This document shows, in pieces, positions 19,396 through 29,143 of a stretch of 64,000 nucleotides of DNA. Origin of the DNA: Myxococcota bacterium (GTDB taxonomy: Bacteria > Myxococcota_A > Polyangia > Nannocystales > Nannocystaceae). The notes beneath the pieces were generated by a model. That model was not told where the DNA came from, ran no database searches, and saw nothing but the letters and a program-made list of their open reading frames with translations. The stretch spans positions 128,001 to 192,000 of the forward strand of contig JBCCHT010000020.1 in assembly GCA_039028615.1 (NCBI GenBank), given 5' to 3'. Position numbers and translations under genes: made by a program. Every line of letters begins with the position of its first letter. Within the stretch, counting starts at the first letter, position 1.

Positions 19396-20316
19396 ATGAA
19401 CATCGAACGCTTCTACCCCATCGGTACTCCAGGCCAACCGTGGACCCACGCCGACAAGGCGGCATGGTACGAGCGCCAGTCGATCCAACGGAGCTATCGC
19501 GAGGAGGTGCTCGACAAGCTCGCGCGACTCGACCCGAGCTTCGAGGTCCGGCAGCACGGCGCCCTGAGCATCGACGCCGACCGCTATCCGCTGATGGCGG
19601 TCACCTGCAGGTCGACGAACCCCGATGCGCCCTGGGCCCTGGTGACCGGCGGCGTGCATGGCTACGAGACCAGCGGCGTGCAGGGGGCCCTCACCTTCCT
19701 CGCCGACCACGCCCACGAGTACGCCGACCGCCTCAACCTGCTGGTCGCCCCCTGCGTCAGCCCCTGGGGCTACGAGGTCATCAACCGCTGGAATCCGCAG
19801 GCGGTCGATCCCAACCGCTCGTTCATGGCCGACGGCCCCGCCGAGGAATCGAACGCGCTCATGAAGCTGGTGGCCGAGGCGGGGGTGGACTTCCTCGTGC
19901 ACATCGACCTGCACGAGACCACCGACAGCGACGAGCAGGAGTTCCGCCCCGCCCTGGCCGCGCGCGACGGCAAGCCCTTCGAGCCGGGCATGATCCCCGA
20001 CGGCTTCTACACCGTCGGCGACACCGAGAACCCGCAGCCCGAATTCCAGGCCGCCATCGTGGCCGGCGTGGAGGCGGTGACCCACATCGCGCCCGCCGAC
20101 GACCACGGCCAGATCATCGGCTCCGACGTCACCCAGACCGGCGTGATCAACTACCCCTTCGAGTCGCTGGGGCTGTGCGCGAGCGTCACCAACGCGACGT
20201 ACACGACCACCACCGAGGTCTACCCGGATAGCCCCAAGGCCACCGACGAGATCTGTAACGCGGCGCAAGTCGCCGCGGTGCAGGCCGCGTTCGACTACGC
20301 GCTCCGCAGTCGCTGA
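19396..20316 (+). CDS. M14-family metallocarboxypeptidase
   Basis: GGVHGYE, DPNRSF, HIDLHET, TTTEVYPD. Confidence 0.88.
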   Translation: MNIERFYPIGTPGQPWTHADKAAWYERQSIQRSYREEVLDKLARLDPSFEVRQHGALSIDADRYPLMAVTCRSTNPDAPWALVTGGVHGYETSGVQGALTFLADHAHEYADRLNLLVAPCVSPWGYEVINRWNPQAVDPNRSFMADGPAEESNALMKLVAEAGVDFLVHIDLHETTDSDEQEFRPALAARDGKPFEPGMIPDGFYTVGDTENPQPEFQAAIVAGVEAVTHIAPADDHGQIIGSDVTQTGVINYPFESLGLCASVTNATYTTTTEVYPDSPKATDEICNAAQVAAVQAAFDYALRSR

Positions 20317-20329
20317 GAACACCGCTCAT

Positions 20330-20350
20330 GGGCCGATCGCCGATCGGCCC
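20330..20350 (+). terminator. Short GC-rich hairpin downstream of the M14 peptidase gene
   Basis: GGGCCGATCG-C-CGATCGGCCC inverted repeat; no U-tract. Confidence 0.4.
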
Positions 20351-20518
20351 GTGCGCGCGCTCGACCAGCGTTGAACATCGGTAGGAGGGACGTCACGCCG
20401 CGGCCCCGGGCACGCGCGGTCCCGCCTGGCTATGGTGCGCCGGGGACTGCCAGTACGGGATGCGTGCGCCGCTGACGGTGCACGCCCACTCGGTCCCCTT
20501 TTGCCGACGGAGCTTTTC

Positions 20519-22726
20519 ATGACACCGACTCGCCGTACCCCGCTCCCCTCGTTCGCCCTCGTCGTGGCCAGCCTCGCGCTCGGCTGCGGTGACGATGGCT
20601 CGGCGACCAGTGACACCGCGACGGAGACGGGCGGCACCACCATGGTCGCCGCGTCGACCAGCGGCACGGAGACCGGCGCCGACGAGACGGGCACGAGCAC
20701 GGGCGCGGACGAGCAGGTCTTCGTGCTGGCCGACGGCACCGAGGTCTTGGTCGATGCGGAAGGCGGCATCACGCTGCGCGCCGACGGTCGCCGCTTCTTC
20801 GGCACGGCCTCGGGCGTGGGCCCGGTGGCGCGGCGCTTCACCACCGAGTGGATCGGCGGCCTGGGTATCTGGGAGTTCACTCGCTCGGGCGAAGAGGCGC
20901 TCGGTGTCCCGAACTTCGACCAGGCCTACGCCGAGGGCGACGAGGTGCACGTGGAGTTCGTCAGCGGCGACGGCGGGCCGCGGGCTCGCTTCACCCTCTC
21001 CACGCACGCCGCCAATCAAGCCACGCGCATCGTGATGACCATCGAAGGCGTCGAGGATGCGGCCTCGATGGCCGTGCCCCTGCGCTGCGACGAGGAGGCG
21101 ACCTTCTACGGGCTGGGCGAGCAGTACAACGGCACCGAGCACCGCGGCGAGGAAATCTCGCTGTGGTCGAGCGAGCAGGGCATCGGCCGCGATCCCGAGG
21201 TGCCGAAGCTGCCGACCAACGGGGACGAGCACACGACGTACTTCCCGATGCCCTACTTCCTCGACGCACGGGGCTTCGGGGTGTTGGTGCAGACCGATTA
21301 TCGGGTCGAGGTCGACCTGTGCAGCAGCAATGCCGACGTCGCCTGGTTCGAGGTGATCGACGGCGCGCCCGTCGACATGCTGGTGTTCCATGGCGAGTCA
21401 CCGCTCGACGTGGTGCGGCAGCTCGGCGACGAGGTGGGCCGGCCCCCCGTGCCCCCGCAGTGGGCCTGGAGCCCGTGGATCGGGGCCCAGGGCGGCCGAG
21501 ACACCATCCTGGCCGAGGCCGACGCACTCGAGGCGGCCGAGATCCCCGTGGGCGCGCTGTGGGTCCAAGACTGGACCGGCGTCCGCCCCAACGCCGACGG
21601 AGGGTTTGGCGTCGAATACCGCTGGCTGCCGGACGAGGAGCACTACCCCGACCTCGAGGGCATGATCGCCGAGCTCCACATGCGGGGCTTCCGGTTCCTC
21701 ACCTACGCCAACCCGTTCATCGACCCCACCCTCGAGCACTGGGACGAGATGATCGCGGACGACCTGCTCATCCACGACGCCAAGGGCCAGCCCTACCAGC
21801 ACCTCGCCCCCAACGGGTTTTCGTCCCACCCCGACCTCACCAACGAGGACGCGCGTGAGTACGTCCGGGGCTACCTGCGAGCGATGGTCGAGCAGTACGG
21901 CATGGACGGGTGGATGGCCGACTTCGCCGAGTGGCTGCCCGTCGACTCCGTGTTGTCCGACGGCACCGATGCCTTCGCGTTCCACAACCGCTTCCCCGTG
22001 GAGTGGCAACGGATGTCGCGCGAGGTCATGGACGAGCTGCGACCCGATGGCGACTGGGTCGTCTTTGGGCGCTCGGGGTGGACCGGGGCCCAGGGTGTCG
22101 CGATGGTGTACTGGGTCGGCGATCAAGAAGCCGACTGGAGCCCCCACGACGGCCTGCCCACCGTGGTGCCCGCCATGCTCAGCCTCGGCCTTTCGGGCGT
22201 GCCCTTCACCACCCATGACATCGCGGGCTTCTCCGGCGGTCCCTCGACCAAGGAGCTGTTCCAGCGGTGGACCGAGCTGGGCGCGTTCACGCCGATCATG
22301 CGCACGCACGAGGGCAACCAGAGCGACTTGAACTGGAACTGGGACGGCGACGCCGAGACCACCGAGCACTTCCGTCGCTTCGCCCGCGTCCACGAGGCGC
22401 TGGCGCCCGAGCTCGAGGTGATGGCCGCCGACGGAGCCAGCAGCTCCGTCCCCATGGTTCGCCACCTGATGCTCGAGTTCCCCGACGACGCCGGGAGCCG
22501 CACGGTGAGCGACCAGTTCCTGCTGGGGCCCTCGCTGTTGGTGGCGCCGGTCGTCGAGCAAGGCGCGACCACTCGCAGCGTCTACCTGCCCCCCGGGACT
22601 TGGTTCCACGTGTGGACCGGCGACGAGTACGAGGGCGGCACGACCGTCGACGTCGACGCGCCGATCGGCTCGCCCCCCGTGTTCTCCCGCGACACCGACC
22701 GCGCCGACCTCCGCGAGATCGAGTAG
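20519..22726 (+). CDS. GH31 alpha-glycosidase lipoprotein (YihQ-like)
   Basis: LALGC lipobox; YGLGEQ, WVQDW, GWMADFAE (nucleophile), WVGDQ (acid/base), HDIAGF, MRTHEG, LLVAPV. Confidence 0.9.
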   Translation: MTPTRRTPLPSFALVVASLALGCGDDGSATSDTATETGGTTMVAASTSGTETGADETGTSTGADEQVFVLADGTEVLVDAEGGITLRADGRRFFGTASGVGPVARRFTTEWIGGLGIWEFTRSGEEALGVPNFDQAYAEGDEVHVEFVSGDGGPRARFTLSTHAANQATRIVMTIEGVEDAASMAVPLRCDEEATFYGLGEQYNGTEHRGEEISLWSSEQGIGRDPEVPKLPTNGDEHTTYFPMPYFLDARGFGVLVQTDYRVEVDLCSSNADVAWFEVIDGAPVDMLVFHGESPLDVVRQLGDEVGRPPVPPQWAWSPWIGAQGGRDTILAEADALEAAEIPVGALWVQDWTGVRPNADGGFGVEYRWLPDEEHYPDLEGMIAELHMRGFRFLTYANPFIDPTLEHWDEMIADDLLIHDAKGQPYQHLAPNGFSSHPDLTNEDAREYVRGYLRAMVEQYGMDGWMADFAEWLPVDSVLSDGTDAFAFHNRFPVEWQRMSREVMDELRPDGDWVVFGRSGWTGAQGVAMVYWVGDQEADWSPHDGLPTVVPAMLSLGLSGVPFTTHDIAGFSGGPSTKELFQRWTELGAFTPIMRTHEGNQSDLNWNWDGDAETTEHFRRFARVHEALAPELEVMAADGASSSVPMVRHLMLEFPDDAGSRTVSDQFLLGPSLLVAPVVEQGATTRSVYLPPGTWFHVWTGDEYEGGTTVDVDAPIGSPPVFSRDTDRADLREIE

Positions 22727-22739
22727 CGAAGGGCGGGCG

Positions 22740-23324
22740 CTACCCGACCGGCGTGTAGTACTGCGTCCGAAGCTGCCCCTCCCGACGCAGCACGACGGCG
22801 ACCTCTTCGGCCTTCTCCACGGTGGGGTAGACGGCCATCATGTCGTCGAACGAAGTCACGGGGTGGCCGGCCACGGACACCAGCTCGTCGCCGGTTTGCA
22901 GCGCCAGCCGAGCCCCGATGCTGCCCGGAGTCACCGTCCGCACCGTCACGACGCCGCCGGTCGGAGCATCAGGGTCCAGCTTCAACAGCGGCACCCCGGG
23001 AACCGTCTCGGGATGCGCGAGCACGCGTCGAATGAGGCTCCGCGGCACGGTGCAGCGCTCGCGAACGCAGACGATCTCGGCCTCGCCTTCGTCGGGCGAG
23101 TGCTCGGCTGCAGCCGTGCCCGGTTCGGCGGCGGCGACCACCATCGGTGCCTTTGCCTCTGCCTCGAGCGCGCTGGCCTGTGCGGCGGCAACGACCCGCT
23201 CCTGCCCCGGCGTCGCCTCGACCACCTCCCCTCGCTCGCACGCCACGGGGGAACCGAGAAACACTCCGAGGCCGAGACACGAGCTCAGCAGCGAAGACCG
23301 GGGTCGACAGACGCTCTTGGACAT
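22740..23324 (-). CDS. PDZ-domain lipoprotein, GspC-like C-terminus
   Basis: PVAC lipobox; VTPGSIGARLALQTGDELVSVAG PDZ signature. Confidence 0.7.
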   Translation of the reverse strand: MSKSVCRPRSSLLSSCLGLGVFLGSPVACERGEVVEATPGQERVVAAAQASALEAEAKAPMVVAAAEPGTAAAEHSPDEGEAEIVCVRERCTVPRSLIRRVLAHPETVPGVPLLKLDPDAPTGGVVTVRTVTPGSIGARLALQTGDELVSVAGHPVTSFDDMMAVYPTVEKAEEVAVVLRREGQLRTQYYTPVG

Positions 23325-23444
23325 GACCACGAATAGAGCAACGGTCGTGCCAATCCCCGCGGCCAATGATGCCGAAGGGTGCCGCCGGGCGAGCACCCCC
23401 TTCGATCGTCATCGTGTCACACCGCTCGAGACCCACCGACAAAT

Positions 23445-23484
23445 CGGCCCGGGGTGAAGCCGGGGGTGGCTTCACCCCGGGCCG
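23445..23484 (-). terminator. Perfect 17-bp inverted repeat downstream of the ASPIC/UnbV gene
   Basis: CGGCCCGGGGTGAAGCC-6nt-GGCTTCACCCCGGGCCG. Confidence 0.65.
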
Positions 23485-23518
23485 CGGGGTTAGCGGGGAT
23501 TGTGTACGCGAGAGACGG

Positions 23519-25585
23519 TCAGTCCCAGTACGCCCAGATGGCGCTCACGTAGAGCTTGACCCACTTGTGGGGGCCGATCTCTCCCGCGTAGAACATGTCG
23601 TCGAGGGAGTCGGTGACGCACTGGCGGTAGGACCAGTAGCTGGGCCAGTCCGCGTCGTAGCTGCACGGGATCTCGGGCATGGTGAAGCGCTTGCCCGCCC
23701 GAACCCCGTAGACACGGTTGCGCACGCCTCCGGGCCAGAGGATGTCGAGGCGACCACGGGGGGCCGAACCGAGGCCAAAGACCTGCTCCCGCGCGTGGCT
23801 GGAGGCATAGGTGGCGCCGTCGACCACGGGGCGGGTGCTGGTATCGCCCCACCGCGGGGTGAAGCTGATCACGGCTCCGATGCCATCGCGGTTGACCCCC
23901 GCGCCGTCGACGATGTCGACCATGCCCTTGGCCTTGATCTTCACCCAGTTGTTGCCGTTGTCGCCGCTGTTGAGCTCGACGGAGACGGTGCCGTCTTCGG
24001 GCTCGATGCCCGTGAACACGAACTCGCCCGGGCCGATGGGCGCGAAGGTGGGCACGAACGCCGAGTCGTCGAACACCGAGCCATAGGTGCCGCCCTCATA
24101 GGGCACCAGCGGGATCGGGTCGGGGTTGTCGAGGTTGGAGACGGTCACCACATCGGCGAAGCCGTCGTCGTCGAGGTCACCGACCGCGAGCCCCTGCACG
24201 TTGCGACGCCGATGATCGGTGCCGCTGGCCACCATGGTGTCCAGCTCGAAGCTCGCCGAGCAGCCCTGGTTCTGCAGCACGACGCCGGCGTTGCTCGCCT
24301 CGATGAAGGGGCCGACGTCGAGACCACCGTGGTAGATGATGTCGTCGTCGCCGTCGTTGTCGTAGTCGTAGATCTGCGAGCCCCAGCCGAATACGGAGGC
24401 CACGGTGGAGCCCACGCCCGGGTCGCTGAAGGTGCCGTCCGGCTGCTGCAGCAGCCACCGCGACGCCGAGTCGCCCAGCGAGTAAAACGGCATGATGGGG
24501 ATCGGCATGTAGTCGCCGATGTTCGAGCCAAAGATGTCGATCTCGCCGTTGCAGTCGAGGTCGCCGAAGGACAGGCTCATCCACTGCCCCTGGAGGTTCG
24601 TCTGGGTGTCCAGGGTGATGTCGGTGAACTGACCCGTGCCGTCGTTGTCGAAGATGTGGATCAGGCCTCGGTCGACGCCCCCGGCAAACTCGGGAGCCAC
24701 CGCCGCCTGGTCGTCGGCCTGCACCAAGTCGAGATCGCCATCCTGGTCGATGTCGACGAGCGCGATGGCCCAGGTGATGGTCGCCTCGCCATCGGCGGGG
24801 GGTGAGAACCCGGTGGTCTCCTGGATGCCCGAGACCGCGCTGACGTCGGTAAAGACGCCGTCGCCCTCGTTCATGAACAGCTGGTTGTGTTGGTTGCCCG
24901 CGTAGGGCTCGACGAAGATCGGCGCCTGCTGGGTGAAGTCGGTGTACGCGTTGGCGACCACGACATCGAGCAAGCCGTCTCCGTCGACATCGCCGAACGA
25001 ACACGACGTGCCCATCATGTTGCCGCCGCCGATCTCCGACAACCCGGTGATGTCGGCGAAGGTGCCGTCACCTTGGTTCTCGAGCAGGCGATTGGGCTCC
25101 TCGGCGCCCAAGACCAGCAGGTCGGGATCGCCATCGTTGTCGATGTCGCCGTAGCAGACGCCGTCGCTGTCTTGATCGGTCAGGTCGCTGCCCGACGCCA
25201 CGCCCACGTCGTGAAACTCGACCGTGCCCGTCTGCTCGAGCAGGTTCTTGTAGAGGCTGTTGGCCGCGCCCGGGCCGTTGCTGATGTACATGTCGAGGTC
25301 GCCGTCGCCGTCGTAGTCGAGCAGCGCGACCCCGGGGGCGCCGCGAGACTTGAGCGGCGTGTCGACGACATCGGCCATCGTGTAGACCGGCTGCGCCTTG
25401 AGGACGTCGAACAGATCATCGCGAGGCGACTCGGCCCGGCGATAGTCGATACCCGCACCGTCCCCGGCTGCGATATCGATGAACTCGACTCCGCCGTCGG
25501 CCCACGCCGACGACACTACGAGCAATGAACACACGACTACCAACGATGGACCCATCCTGGATCCACGACCAATCGGTCCCGGCAT
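23519..25585 (-). CDS. CRTAC1/ASPIC-UnbV family protein with FG-GAP repeats
   Basis: Multiple DxDxDGDxD repeats, C-terminal NRDGIGA...FGLG...WPGG; signal peptide; AAGGAG RBS. Confidence 0.9.
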   Translation of the reverse strand: MPGPIGRGSRMGPSLVVVCSLLVVSSAWADGGVEFIDIAAGDGAGIDYRRAESPRDDLFDVLKAQPVYTMADVVDTPLKSRGAPGVALLDYDGDGDLDMYISNGPGAANSLYKNLLEQTGTVEFHDVGVASGSDLTDQDSDGVCYGDIDNDGDPDLLVLGAEEPNRLLENQGDGTFADITGLSEIGGGNMMGTSCSFGDVDGDGLLDVVVANAYTDFTQQAPIFVEPYAGNQHNQLFMNEGDGVFTDVSAVSGIQETTGFSPPADGEATITWAIALVDIDQDGDLDLVQADDQAAVAPEFAGGVDRGLIHIFDNDGTGQFTDITLDTQTNLQGQWMSLSFGDLDCNGEIDIFGSNIGDYMPIPIMPFYSLGDSASRWLLQQPDGTFSDPGVGSTVASVFGWGSQIYDYDNDGDDDIIYHGGLDVGPFIEASNAGVVLQNQGCSASFELDTMVASGTDHRRRNVQGLAVGDLDDDGFADVVTVSNLDNPDPIPLVPYEGGTYGSVFDDSAFVPTFAPIGPGEFVFTGIEPEDGTVSVELNSGDNGNNWVKIKAKGMVDIVDGAGVNRDGIGAVISFTPRWGDTSTRPVVDGATYASSHAREQVFGLGSAPRGRLDILWPGGVRNRVYGVRAGKRFTMPEIPCSYDADWPSYWSYRQCVTDSLDDMFYAGEIGPHKWVKLYVSAIWAYWD

Positions 25586-25901
25586 AACCAACTCCTTTGG
25601 TTCTTGTTTTTGAACGTCTCCCCTGGGACGGGCAGACATCAGTCAGCGGAGCATGTCGAAGGTGACGGTGCAATTACGCGCAACGGCTTTTTTCACAATG
25701 GGACTGGCACGCGCGGCGGCCCTGTAACGCGTTGTAGGGCCGAGTCTCTCTTGGTCTCCTGACATTCTTTTCGATGACACTGGTGTCGGTCATCTCCACG
25801 CTCGACCGAGCGCGTCGAGGCGACTGGCCGGTCACCCTTGAGGTTCCCCCGATACGCACGATCCGTGCTCGACGACGCACCGAAACCCGCGACGCCGACG
25901 T

Positions 25902-27278
25902 TTGAAATCGAATCGAAATGGGCACCAGAGGCGCCGCGTCGTCGCTCGGCCGCGGCGGTTGAGAGAGGCTTGGCGACCGTGTTCAACTCGTAGGGCCTTG
26001 CCGTTCTCCGATCGCCGCGTCGACCCGTCACGAGCCGTTCCCGCCCTGTTGGCGCTCGCGCTGGCGTGGCCCGGCGCGGGGCTCGATGCACGCGCCGCCT
26101 CCGAGACACACACGCAGATCGACGCGAACGAGGCCGCACCCAAGGCCGGCCAATCGGGCAAGAAGAAGTCCGGCAAGAAAAAGTCGAACAACAAGAAGTC
26201 CGGCAAGAAAAAGTCCGGCAAGAAAAAGTCGAACAACAAGAAGTCCGGCAAGAAAAAGTCGAGCAACCAGTCCAACGAAAACGAGTCGGACGAAGCGGCG
26301 CCGGAGCCAAGTGACGACAACACCGTTTCGGACGCGAACACCGAAGAGACGCTCGAAGCGCTGAAGGAATCGGCGCCGCCCTTGCTTCCCACGACGACGA
26401 AAAAGGAGCCCGAACCGGAACCGGGGGTCAAGGTCGTGACCCCCATTCGGGTCCGAGGCTCCCTGTCTCGCAGCTCGCGGGGCACCTTGGTCAAGCGCCT
26501 GGAGGCCGCGCTCGCGGCCGCCGCTTGGCCCGATGAACCACTGCAAGCGCGGCTCCGGGTCAACGCTTCTCGCAAGCGGCGCTTTGGGATCACCCTGACA
26601 ATTTCCGATTTGGAGGGTTCGACCCGGGCCGAAGTCGCCGACGCGTGCGAGTCGTGCTCGGTCGACGATGCCGCCGCGTTGGTCGAAGGACTGGTGGGCA
26701 AAGTTGCGGCCCAGCTACGGCCACCAGAGCCCGTCGCAGGCCCGGCCACGATTACCGTGCGCAGTGACCCGAAGGGGGCATCACTGCGCGTCGATGGCAC
26801 GCAGCATGGAGCCACGCCGCAGACGGTCGAGCTTTCGCCGGGTGACCACGAGCTGGTGCTCGCGAAGCCGGGCTTCACCGAGCTCCGCCAGGCCCTCACC
26901 GTAGCCGCCGACGAGCAACGCGAGCTCGACCTCAAGCTCGTGCCCACGGCGACCGACGACGGACCCAAAGCCGGGCGGGGCTGGACGATCGGTGGCGCCA
27001 TCGCCCTCGGCCTCGGCGTGGCCGGAGCCGCCACCGGAGCCGCCTTGATCCTCATCGACGAGAGCGCACCGCCGCTCGAGTGCTCGCCCGACCAGGTCGA
27101 CTTCCGCGGCATCTGCCGCCACCGCTACGACACCTTGCTCGGCGGCATCATCGGCGCGGCCGCGGGTGGAGCCGGCATCGCGACCGGCGTCGGCTTGCTC
27201 ATCAAGGGCCACCTGGTCTCGGTCAAGGCCCGGGGCAACGCCGAGTCCGCCTCGATGAGCGTCACCCTGCGTTTTTGA
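25902..27278 (+). CDS. PEGA-domain protein with Lys-rich repeat and C-terminal TM segments (start uncertain, possibly 25998)
   Basis: TVRSDPKGASLRVDG...GATP...LSPGDHEL...KPGF PEGA motif; ends with VTLRF. Confidence 0.8.
   Translation: MKSNRNGHQRRRVVARPRRLREAWRPCSTRRALPFSDRRVDPSRAVPALLALALAWPGAGLDARAASETHTQIDANEAAPKAGQSGKKKSGKKKSNNKKSGKKKSGKKKSNNKKSGKKKSSNQSNENESDEAAPEPSDDNTVSDANTEETLEALKESAPPLLPTTTKKEPEPEPGVKVVTPIRVRGSLSRSSRGTLVKRLEAALAAAAWPDEPLQARLRVNASRKRRFGITLTISDLEGSTRAEVADACESCSVDDAAALVEGLVGKVAAQLRPPEPVAGPATITVRSDPKGASLRVDGTQHGATPQTVELSPGDHELVLAKPGFTELRQALTVAADEQRELDLKLVPTATDDGPKAGRGWTIGGAIALGLGVAGAATGAALILIDESAPPLECSPDQVDFRGICRHRYDTLLGGIIGAAAGGAGIATGVGLLIKGHLVSVKARGNAESASMSVTLRF
26157..26261 (+). 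repeat. In-frame 15-bp tandem repeat, 7 units (GKKKS/NNKKS), with 45-bp higher-order periodicity
   Basis: GGCAAGAARAAGTCS and AACAACAAGAAGTCC units in the order G-G-N-G-G-N-G. Confidence 0.9.
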
Positions 27279-27902
27279 TCACTCGACGATCAAGTACTCG
27301 ACGTCGTCGATGAACAGCCCCGCGCCCTGGTTGTTCGTCGCATCGATGTCGCAGCCGAAGCGGAACCGAAAGCGCAGCATCTGCCCCGGCTCGACCTCGT
27401 CGGCCTCGACATAGTCGTCGTGCCAGGTTCGATCGTTGCCGGACAACACCCCCTCGTTGAGCGACAGCGGCGAGCCGATCACCAGGCTGTCGAGCGAATA
27501 GGGGTAGCCCTCGTGGGTCGGCAGCATGCGCCACGGCTCGTCGTCGACCTGCACCTCGACCACCGCCCCGTCGGCGACGACATCCTCGGAGATCGGCGGG
27601 ATGTCGCTGTAGTACGAAAAGCGCAGGAAGCTGCGCTCGCCCGCCTCGAACTCGGGCGTCTGCAGCGACGCGTCACACAGCGAAGGCCAGCTGGTGCCGT
27701 CGCCGAAGCGCCACGACGACTCGCCCTCGCGCGCCTGCTCGGTGGTGCGCGCCCACTCGCCGGGCAGGCCACCTTCGGTGTGCAGCTGCTGCGGCGTGGG
27801 CCGGTTCTCCTCGACGTTGTCGTACCACTGCGAGACCGAGAAGTTCGGGTCGAGCTCCGTACAGCCGCACAGCAGCACGGCCATCACCAAGGCACTACGC
27901 AT
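27279..27902 (-). CDS. Hypothetical lipoprotein, beta-sandwich (MAM-like)
   Basis: LLCGC lipobox; SLQTP...DG.VVEV...LRFRF...G.FIDDV pattern. Confidence 0.7.
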   Translation of the reverse strand: MRSALVMAVLLCGCTELDPNFSVSQWYDNVEENRPTPQQLHTEGGLPGEWARTTEQAREGESSWRFGDGTSWPSLCDASLQTPEFEAGERSFLRFSYYSDIPPISEDVVADGAVVEVQVDDEPWRMLPTHEGYPYSLDSLVIGSPLSLNEGVLSGNDRTWHDDYVEADEVEPGQMLRFRFRFGCDIDATNNQGAGLFIDDVEYLIVE

Positions 27903-27993
27903 CCGCGCTCAGTCTAATCCAGGCCCGAGCCCAATTTCCACGCCGACGGGACCTTCGTGGGGACGACCGCGGCGCCCCGCCCCGCGAGCGCCG

Positions 27994-28812
27994 TCACAGT
28001 AGTAGCGACCACGCGGGATGCGTGACCCGGAGCGCCAGGAAGATGAGCGCGTTGCGGCGCTTCTTCTTGCTCCACAAGAACTTGAACTGACCGTCGAGGA
28101 AGGGCGGGCTCAGGAAGGCGCTGGCGACCTGCACCGATTCCTTGGCGTTGACCGCCTCGAGCTCTTCGCGGGTGAACCCCGCGCGGTAGCTCCGGGTCAC
28201 CCCCTCCTCGATCCAGCCCTCGGCGATGCGCTGGGCCTCCTCCATGAGCTTTTCGTGGGGCACGACCCAGTTCACCAGCCCGACCTCCTCGGCCTCGGCC
28301 GCGGTGGGCTTCCAGCCCTCCTCGCCGAGCATGCGCTGCGCCGAGTCCCCGAGCAGGCGCGGGAACATCACGCTGGAACAGCCTTCGGGGGGCACGCCGA
28401 GCGCATCGAAGGGCGTGGAGAAGGTCGCCTTCTCGGACGCGATGATGCCGTTGCACAGCGTCGCCGAGGTCACGCACGCCCCGATCGCAGGCCCGTTGGC
28501 CGCGATCAGGATCGGCTTGGGAAAATCGATGAACGCATCGAAGAGCGCCTGGTTGTGCTCGACGATGAAGGCGTGCAGCGCCTTGGGATGGCCGAGCTTG
28601 ATGGTCGCCCCCAGGTTGACGCCTGCGCAGTAGTACGGGTCCGTACCGGTAAAGATGAGCGCCTTGGTCTCCTCGTCCTTCGCCGCGGCCGCAAACGAGG
28701 CCTTGAGCGCGTCGATCATGTTGGCGGTCCACCCGTTGAGCCGGGCGGGATTGTTCATGGTCAGCGTCGTGACCCCGCGCGTGGTCTTCTTGAGGATGAG
28801 GTCCCCGGGCAT
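27994..28812 (-). CDS. Enoyl-CoA hydratase/isomerase family protein
   Basis: YYCAGVNL, FPKPILIAANGPAIG, PEGCSS, GLVNWVVP. Confidence 0.88.
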   Translation of the reverse strand: MPGDLILKKTTRGVTTLTMNNPARLNGWTANMIDALKASFAAAAKDEETKALIFTGTDPYYCAGVNLGATIKLGHPKALHAFIVEHNQALFDAFIDFPKPILIAANGPAIGACVTSATLCNGIIASEKATFSTPFDALGVPPEGCSSVMFPRLLGDSAQRMLGEEGWKPTAAEAEEVGLVNWVVPHEKLMEEAQRIAEGWIEEGVTRSYRAGFTREELEAVNAKESVQVASAFLSPPFLDGQFKFLWSKKKRRNALIFLALRVTHPAWSLLL

Positions 28813-29143
28813 GCGGCGGAGCTTACCCCGTTCCCGCCGCCGCGCGCCGAGCCGGCCTGCCACCCACGCCCGCCGGGGTTCGTGCGCGAACGTAGGCTCT
28901 TCCCCGACCGACCTGAATGCGGGTTTGGTGCCGTTACGGCAGACCTCGCAGTGGAATTCGTTTCGGCGACCACCAAAGTGCGACGCGCTGAAACGACCCG
29001 ACACATGGCGGGCCGAGCGTACGCACGCGGTTTCGGTCACCGCCGCGCACCCGAGGCTCGACTTCGGGCCAGGCCCAAAACTGTCGCCCGAGGGTCCCCC
29101 AAGGGGGCGGGCTGGCGCTCGGCTTTCGGGTACCCTGTAAGGC

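Noticed and set aside
19210..20322. N-terminal extension of the 1344-aa kinase ORF
   Set aside because: It is the antisense of the M14 peptidase gene; the kinase most plausibly starts at 19209
26157..26261. Possible CRISPR array
   Set aside because: Contiguous in-frame 15-mers, no spacers, no cas genes
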